The notes below the pieces were generated by a model, which searched no databases, had not been told where the DNA came from, and was given only the letters and a program-made list of their open reading frames with translations. Of a stretch of DNA of 64,000 nucleotides, positions 26,851 to 36,500 are shown in pieces. The first letter of the stretch is position 1, and each line of letters begins with the position of its first letter. Source of the DNA: a bacterium (GTDB taxonomy: Bacteria; Zhuqueibacterota; Zhuqueibacteria; Residuimicrobiales; Residuimicrobiaceae); contig JAKQNR010000011.1 in the NCBI GenBank assembly GCA_029565685.1, forward strand, positions 81,962 to 145,961, given 5' to 3'. The position numbers were made by a program, and so were the translations under genes.

Positions 26851-29800
26851 ATGAAAAAGCATTCGGCTCGGATTCTGTTGCTCATCGGCGTTCTGATCTC
26901 AATGCCCGCCTCAGCAGTCACTTTGTTGACTCCGAACGGCGGAGAACAATGGCGCTCAGGGACGAGCAAAAAAATCACCTGGTCCACGCTGCTCACGGAC
27001 AGCGTGAGACTGGAATATCAGGTTAGACCTGCGGACGGCTGGGTGCTGATCGCCACGGACATCCCTGCGCAGGATTTGAGCTATGCCTGGCTGGTACCGG
27101 CGTTGGAAAGCGACTCTTGCCGAGTCAGAGTGAGCGAGGTCGGGAACGAAGCAGTGTTCGATGTGAGCGATACCACTTTTATCATCACTCAGGTTGTACA
27201 GACCACGGAAGTGGAGCCGAACGGAACGGCTTATCTCGGCAACTGGATGGAATACGGCGATTCGCTTCTGGCCGCGATCGACCCTCTTGGCGATGTGGAT
27301 TATTACCGTTTCTGGGGCGCTGCTAATGACACGATCGTGATTTGGGGACACGAACGGAATGACTCTGATTTGGGCGGCCGCATATTCCTCTATCGTGCCG
27401 ACGGCGCCAGCCTGACGACCAACAGCGGATATCTCAATCCTCCTTATGATCAACGCATCGTTTGGATTCTGCCGCAGGACGGCATCTATTATGTCCGCTA
27501 TGCCCAATCCACCGACTGGGGCACTTTTCCCAATCGTGAGCTCGTCGAACGGCTTGAACAGGAGAACTGGGAAAACCTGGGAAAGGATCTGACTACGATT
27601 CAATGGGATTCATCGGGGGATTATACCATCGGCGTGCGCAAGCTTGAACCCGGCGGGCCGGTCATTCTGCTGGTCGAAGGTCTGGACTATTATTGGGACT
27701 CGGCACGGTTCCGCGGCTATGTCGACACCAAGGGGCTGCCGACCACGGTCAGGTTCGAGTATGGTCTGACAGGTGATTTTGATCAATCGGTTGTGCCGGA
27801 GGGTGGACCTTTTAGCAGCGCCGGCCCAATGTGGATTGAGTCTCCCATGGTGGACAGTCTTCAGTCCAACACTTTTTATTATATGCGCATGCAGGCCACG
27901 AACGCGCTGGGCACCTCTATTTCTGCACCTTACCAATTTACTACCCTGCCGCCTTCAGAAGGGTGGGAACGGAAAATTTCCGGGTTCAACAGAGAATTCC
28001 GCGATCTCCATTTTATGGATGAAAACACCGGCGTCATCGTCGGCGACAGCTTGGTTATCCGCACTACGGACGGGGGAGAAACTTGGTCGTCGGTTTATCC
28101 CGGAACCGCCTGGATCAATTTCAGGGGCGTTTATTTCCCCTCAGCCACGGTTGGCTATGCTTTCGGCAGCTATGATCACGTCGCCAAAACCACCAACAGC
28201 GGAGCGACCTGGAGCCTTCTGGGAACCGGCAGCGGTCATTATCTGAATAACGGCTTTTTCGTCACTGATCTGCTCGGTTGGGTGATCACCGATGCAGGCG
28301 GCATCACCAAGACCACGGATGGCGGCGTCACCTGGACCATGCAGAGCAGCGGCACAGGCAGACAGTTGTTCGGCATTCATTTTGTCAATGCCGATACAGG
28401 CATGGTGGTCGGCGATCGCATTATTCTGCGCACGACCAACGGCGGGGCGAACTGGACGACGGTCCACACCGACTCAACCGGCCTGTTTCGCAATGTAACG
28501 TTTGTCACGCCTCAGCTGGGCATCATCGTCGGCGATAAGCCATGGATTCTGCGCACGAACGACGGCGGCCTTACCTGGTCTCCCATCACCCTGAGCGCGT
28601 GGTCCGCTCAGACCATCTGGGATGCCAAGTTTTATTCGGAAGAAACCGTTCTCGCAGTCGGTTGGATGGGAACCATCTATCGCAGCGTGGATGGCGGTTT
28701 GACCTGGGAATATCAGCAGAGCGGCACAATGAACAACCTGTACGCTTTGAGCCATGCCGGAGGCCGGTCCACGATCATCGGACGCAACCAGGCGATTCTG
28801 CGCAGCGTCGACTTTTTATCGTTGCGGGAACCCAATGGCGGAGAGTCCTGGAGCGCCGGCAGCGTACAGGACATCGTCTGGTGGTCTGATCTGTCCGGTG
28901 AATCCACCCTCGAATACCGCATCGGCCGAAACGGCGCCTGGACTCCCATCGCGGCCGTGGTCCCGACGGCGTCGGAAAGTTATTCCTGGACTCTTCCGAC
29001 GATTGAAACCGACAGCTGCAAAGTGCGCATCACCACGCTTCCCAGCGGCGCATTTAGCGACGAGAGCGACGGCTATTTCTCCATCACGGCGGCCGCTCCG
29101 GCGCAGCATACCATTTATCTCAATCCGGGTTGGAATATGATTTCATCGTGGATGGCCCCGACCGAACCCGCGATGGATTCGGTGATGGCCGACATCGTGG
29201 CAAGAGGGCATCTTACGATTCTTAAAAACATCAGCGGGATGGTGTACTGGCCTGAATTAGCCATCAACCTGATCGGGGATTGGAATCCACTCGAGGGATA
29301 TCAGTGCTATGTTTCAGCGACGGATTCGCTTTCAGTCGTTGGTCAACAACAGACACCAGAACTGACGCCAATGGCGCTTGACGCCGGCTGGAGAATGGTT
29401 GCCTATCTGCGCAATAACCCCCTCAATGCCGAGGCAGCCCTTGCCTCGATTGGCGCCAATCTGGTCATCGCCAAGAACGGAACCGGCATGGTCTACTGGC
29501 CTGAACTGTCCATCAACATGATCGGTGATATGCTGCCCGGTCAGGGGTATCAGATCTATCTCAACGCAGCCTCCACTCTGACCTATCCCGCCAACGACAC
29601 GATCCTTCCCAAAAAACGGCTTTTGGCCTTCACGCGGACAAGACCTGTGCTGCATTTTCAACCGCCTCACCGTATGACCGGAAGCAATGCCATCCTTCTG
29701 GTCAAAGCGCCGCACCTCAGGGAGAACGATGAAATCGCGGTGGCGGATTCTGACGGAAAGATCGTCGGCGCCAGTGCGGTGCAGGACGGCCGGGCGGTGA

Positions 29801-30300
29801 TCACGATCTGGGGCGACGACCGCCACACAGAGGCCATAGACGGATGCCGCGAGGGAGAGGCGTTGCGGCTGCTGTTCTGGTCTGCTGACAGCAGTGTCGA
29901 ATCTACTTTGCCGATCGTCTCTGTGCAAAACGCACTGAATGGAACTGATCTGCCTGCTGAATTATTCTACCGGGAGAACGCAGTCTGGGTGGCTCAAGCA
30001 GCGGATCTCGTGCAGGCGCCCAAGAAATTTGCCTTGCGGCAGAATTATCCAAATCCTTTTAATCCGACTACCAGCATTCGTTTCGAGTTGCCCCACGAGT
30101 GCAGTTTGCAGCTGGTGATCTATAACCTCCGCGGTCAGGCGATTCGCACTCTGGCGCAGGGGAAAATGAAAGCGGGTTATCACGATATCATTTGGGAGGG
30201 ACGCGATCAGTCGGGAGAGCAGGTTGCCAGCGGCGTGTATCTGGTGCGCATGCAGGCCGGATCGTTTGTGCAAGTGATCAAAATATCTCTGATCAAATAA
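26851..30300 (+). CDS. Secreted BNR/Ycf48-like beta-propeller protein with duplicated Kre9-like modules, a pair of ~70-aa 'GWN...VYWPE' domains and a T9SS C-terminal sorting domain
   Basis: The start at ATG 26851 (RBS AGGAGA) gives the signal peptide MKKHSARILLLIGVLISMPASA. Six BNR-type repeats are present (TTDGGETWS, TTNSGATWS, TTDGGVTWT, TTNGGANWT, TNDGGLTWS, SVDGGLTWE). The C-terminus NYPNPFNPTTSIRFELP...GVYLVRMQAG...VIKISLIK is a Por secretion tail. Confidence 0.7.
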   Translation: MKKHSARILLLIGVLISMPASAVTLLTPNGGEQWRSGTSKKITWSTLLTDSVRLEYQVRPADGWVLIATDIPAQDLSYAWLVPALESDSCRVRVSEVGNEAVFDVSDTTFIITQVVQTTEVEPNGTAYLGNWMEYGDSLLAAIDPLGDVDYYRFWGAANDTIVIWGHERNDSDLGGRIFLYRADGASLTTNSGYLNPPYDQRIVWILPQDGIYYVRYAQSTDWGTFPNRELVERLEQENWENLGKDLTTIQWDSSGDYTIGVRKLEPGGPVILLVEGLDYYWDSARFRGYVDTKGLPTTVRFEYGLTGDFDQSVVPEGGPFSSAGPMWIESPMVDSLQSNTFYYMRMQATNALGTSISAPYQFTTLPPSEGWERKISGFNREFRDLHFMDENTGVIVGDSLVIRTTDGGETWSSVYPGTAWINFRGVYFPSATVGYAFGSYDHVAKTTNSGATWSLLGTGSGHYLNNGFFVTDLLGWVITDAGGITKTTDGGVTWTMQSSGTGRQLFGIHFVNADTGMVVGDRIILRTTNGGANWTTVHTDSTGLFRNVTFVTPQLGIIVGDKPWILRTNDGGLTWSPITLSAWSAQTIWDAKFYSEETVLAVGWMGTIYRSVDGGLTWEYQQSGTMNNLYALSHAGGRSTIIGRNQAILRSVDFLSLREPNGGESWSAGSVQDIVWWSDLSGESTLEYRIGRNGAWTPIAAVVPTASESYSWTLPTIETDSCKVRITTLPSGAFSDESDGYFSITAAAPAQHTIYLNPGWNMISSWMAPTEPAMDSVMADIVARGHLTILKNISGMVYWPELAINLIGDWNPLEGYQCYVSATDSLSVVGQQQTPELTPMALDAGWRMVAYLRNNPLNAEAALASIGANLVIAKNGTGMVYWPELSINMIGDMLPGQGYQIYLNAASTLTYPANDTILPKKRLLAFTRTRPVLHFQPPHRMTGSNAILLVKAPHLRENDEIAVADSDGKIVGASAVQDGRAVITIWGDDRHTEAIDGCREGEALRLLFWSADSSVESTLPIVSVQNALNGTDLPAELFYRENAVWVAQAADLVQAPKKFALRQNYPNPFNPTTSIRFELPHECSLQLVIYNLRGQAIRTLAQGKMKAGYHDIIWEGRDQSGEQVASGVYLVRMQAGSFVQVIKISLIK

Positions 30301-30359
30301 GTGTCCATTTAATTTTACTCTGCCCTGTAGGGCGGCCCTAATAGCTTGAGCGCGAATCC

Positions 30360-33300
30360 ATGTACAGCAGTAAAATAGCCTTTCTGCCCATCCCTGTTTT
30401 CATCCTCTCCTTGGTTCCGGTTATGCCGGGATGCGGCGAGCAGGCGTTTTCCGCCGAGTCCATTCGATCCGGCCAGATCGTTTTGAAATTCAAAGATGAT
30501 TTAACGCTGTCGCAGTGGGAGCCGGAGCAGATGTTGAATCGTTTGGGTTCACAGGCACAGAGCCACGGCCTGATCCGGCTTGAAAAGCCAAAACAGCAAG
30601 TCGCGCTGTCGGTCCGTTCTTCCCGAGCTGCGGCACGAATGAACCGTGTTTTTTACGGATTTCTTTCCACTCAGTCCAATCCCAAAGCCGTTCTGAACTG
30701 GCTGCGGCGGCATCCTTCGATCGAATACGCCGAACCGCTCTATTACCATGCCCTCGATGTGGCGCCCAAGGATTCGCTCTTTATCCAGCAAACCCATCTT
30801 TCGGTCGTTGGGCTGCCGGATGCATGGGACAGGGTACAGGGAGGCCAAGGCTATGCGGTCATTGCCATTGTGGATGGCGGCACTGAGATCAACCATCAGG
30901 ACCTGCACAACAACCTCTGGGTGAATGAAGAGGAGATCGCCGGCAATAATCGCGACGATGACGGCAACGGCTATATCTATGATGTTCATGGCTGGAATTT
31001 CGCCACGGACAGCGGCGATCCGACGGGCTTGTCCACGCAGCCTGATTTCGCCAATCATGGAACACATACGGCAGGGATCGCCGATGCGGTGACCGACAAC
31101 CAGCACGGCATCGCCGGCGCAGCATGGAACTGCCGGCTCATGGCGATCAACGCAGCCGACCGCTTTGGCGAGGGCATCGCCTACGGCTATGCGGCCATTC
31201 TCTATGCGGCGGAGAACGGCGCGGATGTCATCAACTGCAGCTGGGGACGCGGAGGATCTCCTTCCCAGTATGAACAGGATGTCATCAACTATGTCACGGA
31301 TCTGGGCGCTGTGGTCGTCGCTTCAGCCGGCAATTCAGGTTCCACTACGCTGAACTTTCCCGCCTGCTACTCGAATGTGTTCGCGGTTGCCGCCACCAAC
31401 GATTGGGACGCCAAGACCAGTTTCAGCACTTATGGCGATTGGGTCGATGTGAGCGCGCCGGGGTTGCTTATTTACAGCACCATCAGCAATAACGGCTATG
31501 CCCGTTACAGCGGAACCTCCATGTCCGCGCCGCTGGCCGCCGGTGTGATCGCTCTGATCAAGACCCAACACCCGGAGTGGAGCGGCCGGCAATGCGCTGA
31601 ACAGGTCAGAGCCACCGCCGTGTCTATCGATCATCTCAATCCCTCTTATGCGGGCATGCTGGGCAAAGGCCGGATTCATGCCGGCAGGGCGGTGACGGAA
31701 AATCCGCCCTCCATCCGGCTCAGCGGAGTCGAACTGGTGGGCGATGGCGGCGATGCTCAGTTCCGGCCGGGAGAGACCGCGCGCATCTATTTAACGCTGA
31801 CCAATTATCTGGCGCCTTCGACCACTATCTCTATTTCGCTGAGTGAAAACTCTCCATATCTCTCTTTGGGCAACACGCAGGTAACTATGCCGGGCTTAGC
31901 GACGCTTAGCTCTGCCACTCAAACAACGCCCTTTGAAGTCGTCATTTCCAACGACGCCCCGGCCAACCAGACCGTCCAATGCACCGTGACCATTGCCGCT
32001 GGGGAGTACAGCGATACCGACCATTTCAACTTTACAATTTCGGCGAATTTCGTACCGCTCAGCATCAACCATATTCATACATCCATTGCCGCGTCCGGCA
32101 GAATCGGCTATGCCTCGCCTGCCGCTTCCACAGGGGGCTCGGGTTTTACTTATCGATCCGGCAAGAATTTGCTCTATGAAGGGTCCATCATCGCCGGCGC
32201 CTCTGCTGCGCAAATTTCCAGCTCCAGCCGCGGCATGACCCCTGTGCCTGATCAGGATTTCGTTCAACTCGCAGCGGAGCCCTTGACCCTGCTTCGGCCC
32301 GGTTCTCTCACCGACGAGGAGAGTACGATTTCGTTGAAGGACGACCACGCAGACGCTCCTATGAATATTATGGTCAAGCAGCATACCTTTGCATCAAACG
32401 CAGTTGGCTATGAAGATTTTATCATTCTCCGCTACCAGATCGCCAATCAGGGGGCGCAGACGCTGTCCAACTTTCACTTTGGCCTCTTTTTTGACTGGGA
32501 TGTGGATGAGGATCACTCTGACGTAAACAGGGTGGATTATGATGCCGGCCGCCGTCTCGGTTATGTGTATAACTCTACAGGCGAACCCGGAACCTATGTG
32601 GGCTGCGCCCTGCTTTCAGAGGGGACGGTTTCTTACCGGGCGATTTTGAACGACGAGCTGGCGCCGGGAAATCCCGGCTGGGGCATCTATGATGGATTCA
32701 GCGACGCAGAAAAATGGGAGGCGATCAGCAGCGGCACTGTCATCCATCAGGCCGGCATCGGCGATGTCTCCCAGGTTCTTGCAGCAGGCCCTTATCAAAT
32801 TCACAGCCAGCAGACGATCACTGTGGACTTTGCCCTGCTGGCAGGGGATGATCTGACAGCCCTTCAAATCCATGCGGACAAAGCGAATGAATTTCGCAAT
32901 CACGTATTGCTAACTGCACCTGATTCAGCAGTGCTGCACCTGAAGACCGGCTGGAATCTGGTTTCGAGCTGGATCGCTCCGAAGGACAGCCTGTTGGAAA
33001 ATCTTTTAGCGCCGCTGGCCGGAAAATTGGTTCTATTTAAGGACGGTTATGGCAACAGCTATTGGCCGGATTATCAGATCGATCTGCTCCATTATTGGGA
33101 TTGGCGTAAAGGGTACTGGGTCTATCTCACGACCGCAGGTGATTTGACCTTCAGCGGGCAACTGATGAGCGGAGAAAAAGCCTCCCTCGATCTGCGCCAG
33201 GGCTGGAATCTGGTCTCCTGTTTGCATGAATCCCCTGTGGCGATAGAACAAGCTCTTAGCAGCATCGCACATGCGGTTATACTCGTTAAGGATGGCGCCG

Positions 33301-33419
33301 GCCGGGTTTACTGGCCCGAGCACCATATCAACACCATCGGCGACATGAATCCTGGGTCCGGTTATTTTCTTTACATGGCGGCCGCCGCGACCCTGGAGTG
33401 GCCGCAGGATGGCTCCTGA
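30360..33419 (+). CDS. Subtilisin-family (S8) serine peptidase, large secreted form, with a C-terminal pair of ~70-aa 'GWN...VYWPE' domains
   Basis: The catalytic triad context is AIVDGGTEINHQDL (Asp), HGTHTAGIA (His) and GTSMSAPLAAG (Ser). An N-terminal signal/propeptide is present. No T9SS tail was recognised. Confidence 0.8.
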   Translation: MYSSKIAFLPIPVFILSLVPVMPGCGEQAFSAESIRSGQIVLKFKDDLTLSQWEPEQMLNRLGSQAQSHGLIRLEKPKQQVALSVRSSRAAARMNRVFYGFLSTQSNPKAVLNWLRRHPSIEYAEPLYYHALDVAPKDSLFIQQTHLSVVGLPDAWDRVQGGQGYAVIAIVDGGTEINHQDLHNNLWVNEEEIAGNNRDDDGNGYIYDVHGWNFATDSGDPTGLSTQPDFANHGTHTAGIADAVTDNQHGIAGAAWNCRLMAINAADRFGEGIAYGYAAILYAAENGADVINCSWGRGGSPSQYEQDVINYVTDLGAVVVASAGNSGSTTLNFPACYSNVFAVAATNDWDAKTSFSTYGDWVDVSAPGLLIYSTISNNGYARYSGTSMSAPLAAGVIALIKTQHPEWSGRQCAEQVRATAVSIDHLNPSYAGMLGKGRIHAGRAVTENPPSIRLSGVELVGDGGDAQFRPGETARIYLTLTNYLAPSTTISISLSENSPYLSLGNTQVTMPGLATLSSATQTTPFEVVISNDAPANQTVQCTVTIAAGEYSDTDHFNFTISANFVPLSINHIHTSIAASGRIGYASPAASTGGSGFTYRSGKNLLYEGSIIAGASAAQISSSSRGMTPVPDQDFVQLAAEPLTLLRPGSLTDEESTISLKDDHADAPMNIMVKQHTFASNAVGYEDFIILRYQIANQGAQTLSNFHFGLFFDWDVDEDHSDVNRVDYDAGRRLGYVYNSTGEPGTYVGCALLSEGTVSYRAILNDELAPGNPGWGIYDGFSDAEKWEAISSGTVIHQAGIGDVSQVLAAGPYQIHSQQTITVDFALLAGDDLTALQIHADKANEFRNHVLLTAPDSAVLHLKTGWNLVSSWIAPKDSLLENLLAPLAGKLVLFKDGYGNSYWPDYQIDLLHYWDWRKGYWVYLTTAGDLTFSGQLMSGEKASLDLRQGWNLVSCLHESPVAIEQALSSIAHAVILVKDGAGRVYWPEHHINTIGDMNPGSGYFLYMAAAATLEWPQDGS

Positions 33420-33538
33420 GGCAGGAAAAGGATAGATGGAGCTCTTATTGAATGGCCGTTATGCTGTTGCCGGATGTTGAGTTTGTTTTAATTTGCACTC
33501 AAGCGACCATTGCTCTTTTTATTAAAAAGGAGAGAACC

Positions 33539-36500
33539 ATGAAACTCTACAGATTGAAAGCGCTGGCGCTGTTTGTGCTGGCCTTTCAGGCTATGGCGTT
33601 CGCAGGCACTACCGGGCACTTTACCTGGTACGACACGGACAACAATATGACGATCGCCATGACCACCAGCACGAACAAAACGCTGGGCGGCGCCCCTCTG
33701 CAGAACGGCGATGAGGTCGGCTTTTTCAATGGCAGCGGCGTATGCGTCGGCGGACTGGTTTGGAACGGCTCCAATACAGCCGGACCTGCCATGGGAGTTG
33801 ATGATTTTGGCAATCCCGGTTTGACCGCCGGTGAAGTCGTTCAGTACCGGCTGTATCGTCCCAGTCTGAATAGAGAGTTTACATCGGTAAGCGTCTCTTA
33901 TTTAAGCGGCACCGGAGCGTATGTACCCGGCGCGACGCGTATTTTGAGCGTGTTCAACGCCTCTGCCTACACTCTGACCATGGCCGTCAGCCCCAGCGGC
34001 AGCGGAACCACTACACCAGCGGTCGGGTCTTACCTATATAATCCCAACCAAGTCGTTAACGTTACAGCTACGGCGAGCGGCGGCAACTCTTTTCTTAATT
34101 GGACCGGCGATGTGGCTGACGTGAATGATCCCACTACAACGGTCACGATGAACAGCGACAAAACAGTAACCGCCAATTTTGGCACTCCGCAATATACACT
34201 GACCATGGCGGTGAGTCCGGGCGGCAGCGGAACGACGACGCCGGCAGTGGGTGGACACAGTTATGCATCCGGCGAATCAGTGCCGATCACCGCCACTGCA
34301 GCCACGGGATATCATTTTGTCAATTGGACGGTGAGCGGCGGCGCAGCGGTGGCCAATCCGACCAGCGCCTCGACCACGGTGAGCGTGGATCAGAACAAGA
34401 CGGTGACCGCGAATTTTGAACAGAACACCTATAGCCTGACGATCAATACCGTGGGATCCGGAAGCGTGACCAAAGATCCGGACCAAACCAGCTATGCCCA
34501 CGGCGCCGTGGTGACGTTGACGGCAAATCCGGCAGCGGGCTGGACTTTTAGCGGCTGGAGCGGCGCGTTGACCGGTTCTACGAATCCCACCACCATCACC
34601 ATGGATGCGGCCAAAAGCGTGACCGCGACGTTTACCCAGATCACGTACACCCTGACAATGGCAGTGAGTCCGGCAGGAGGGGGTACAACGACACCTTCCA
34701 TCGGCGCGCACACTTATAATTCAGGTACGGTTGTCACCGTCACTGCCTCACCGGCCTCAGGATATCAGTTTGTGAATTGGACCGGAAACGTTGCCAATCC
34801 AAACAGCGCAACGACAACGGTTACGATGAACAGCAGCAAGACCGTGACAGCCAATTTCAGCCAAACTACCTACACGTTGACCGCCGGCAACGACGGCCAT
34901 GGAACTGTTACCTTGACTCCTCCTGGCGGCACCTACGCGGCCGGGACCACGGTGACCTTGACCCCTGTACCGAACAGCGGATATCTGTTCAGCTCCTGGA
35001 CCGGGACCAATGACGGGGATGTGATCAACACGGGCGGTGTATATACCATAGTGATGAATGGCAACAAATCCGTCACTGCTCTTTTCACGCAGATCACTTA
35101 TACTTTAACCGCGGGCAATGACGGCCATGGCACAGTATCGTTGAGTCCGTCCGGTGGTGTCTATGCGGCCGGGACCACGGTGACGTTGACGCCTGTGCCT
35201 GCTTCAGGTTATACCTTTAGTTCCTGGACCGGGACAAATGTCGGAGATATCATCAACACCGGCGGAGTGTACACGATCGTTATGAATGGAAACAAGACAG
35301 TGCAGGCGAATTTTATTCTAACGACCTACACATTGACCGCGGGCAATGACGGCCATGGCACAGTATCGTTGAGTCCGTCCGGTGGTGTCTATGCGGCCGG
35401 GACCACGGTAACGCTGACGCCGAATCCGAGTTCAGGATACTCATTCAGCACCTGGTCCGGACCCAACGCCGGGGATATCACCTACAGCGGCGGTGTTTTT
35501 CGCATTGTCATGAACAGCGATAAAGCGGTGACCGCCAATTTCACCCAGATCACCTACACTCTGACCGCGGGCAACGATGGCCATGGCACGGTGACGCTCA
35601 GTCCATCAGGCGGCGTCTATGCAGCCGGGACTACAGTGACGCTGACGCCGAATCCGAATTCCGGATATACGTTCAGCTCCTGGTCCGGAACCAACGCCGG
35701 GGATGTCACCTACAGTGGTGGCGTCTATCGCATTGTCATGAACGGCAATAAATCGGTGACTGCCAATTTCACCCAGATCACCTACACATTGACCGCGGGC
35801 AACGACGGCCATGGCACGGTGACGCTCAGTCCATCAGGCGGCGTCTATGCGGCCGGGACCACAGTGATGTTGACGCCGAATCCGGGTCCTGGATACGCCT
35901 TCAGTTCCTGGACCGGCGCCAATGCGGCTGACGTGGTGAACACCGGTGGAGTGTACACCATCGTCATGAACGGCAACAAAGCAGTAATTGCCAATTTTAC
36001 CCAGATCACCTATACTCTGACTGCCGGCAACGACGGTCATGGCACGGTGACGTTGAGTCCGTCCGGCGGTGTCTATGCGGCCGGGGCCACGGTGACGTTG
36101 ACGCCGAATCCGGCTTCCGGTTATACCTTCAGTCACTGGACCGGCGCCAATGCATCAGACGTGGTGAATAACGGCGGCGTGTTCACACTTTTCATGAACA
36201 GCAACAAAGCGGTGACCGCCAATTTCATCCAGATCACCTACGCTCTGACCGCCGGCAACGACGGTCATGGCACGGTGACTTTGAATCCGGCCGGTGGGAT
36301 CTATCCGATAGGTACAACGGTTACTTTAACGCCGTCGCCAAGTTCAGGGTATACCTTCACTTCTTGGAGCGGCGCGGATTCCGCTTTTGTGATCAACACC
36401 AACGGCGTGTACACCATCGTGATGAACGCCAACAAAACCGTACAGGCCAATTTTAGTCAGATTCAATATTTGTTGACGATGGCGGTGAGTCCGGAGGGAT

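Noticed and set aside
26378-26996. Minus-strand ORFs 26378-26584 and 26607-26996
   Set aside because: They lie in the leader region and overlap the start of the BNR gene. They are short and have no motifs.
34862-36478. Possible CRISPR array, because of regular tandem repeats
   Set aside because: The period is 231 bp with no unique spacers. The repeats are in frame and encode InlB-B-like domains, so this is a coding tandem repeat, not CRISPR.
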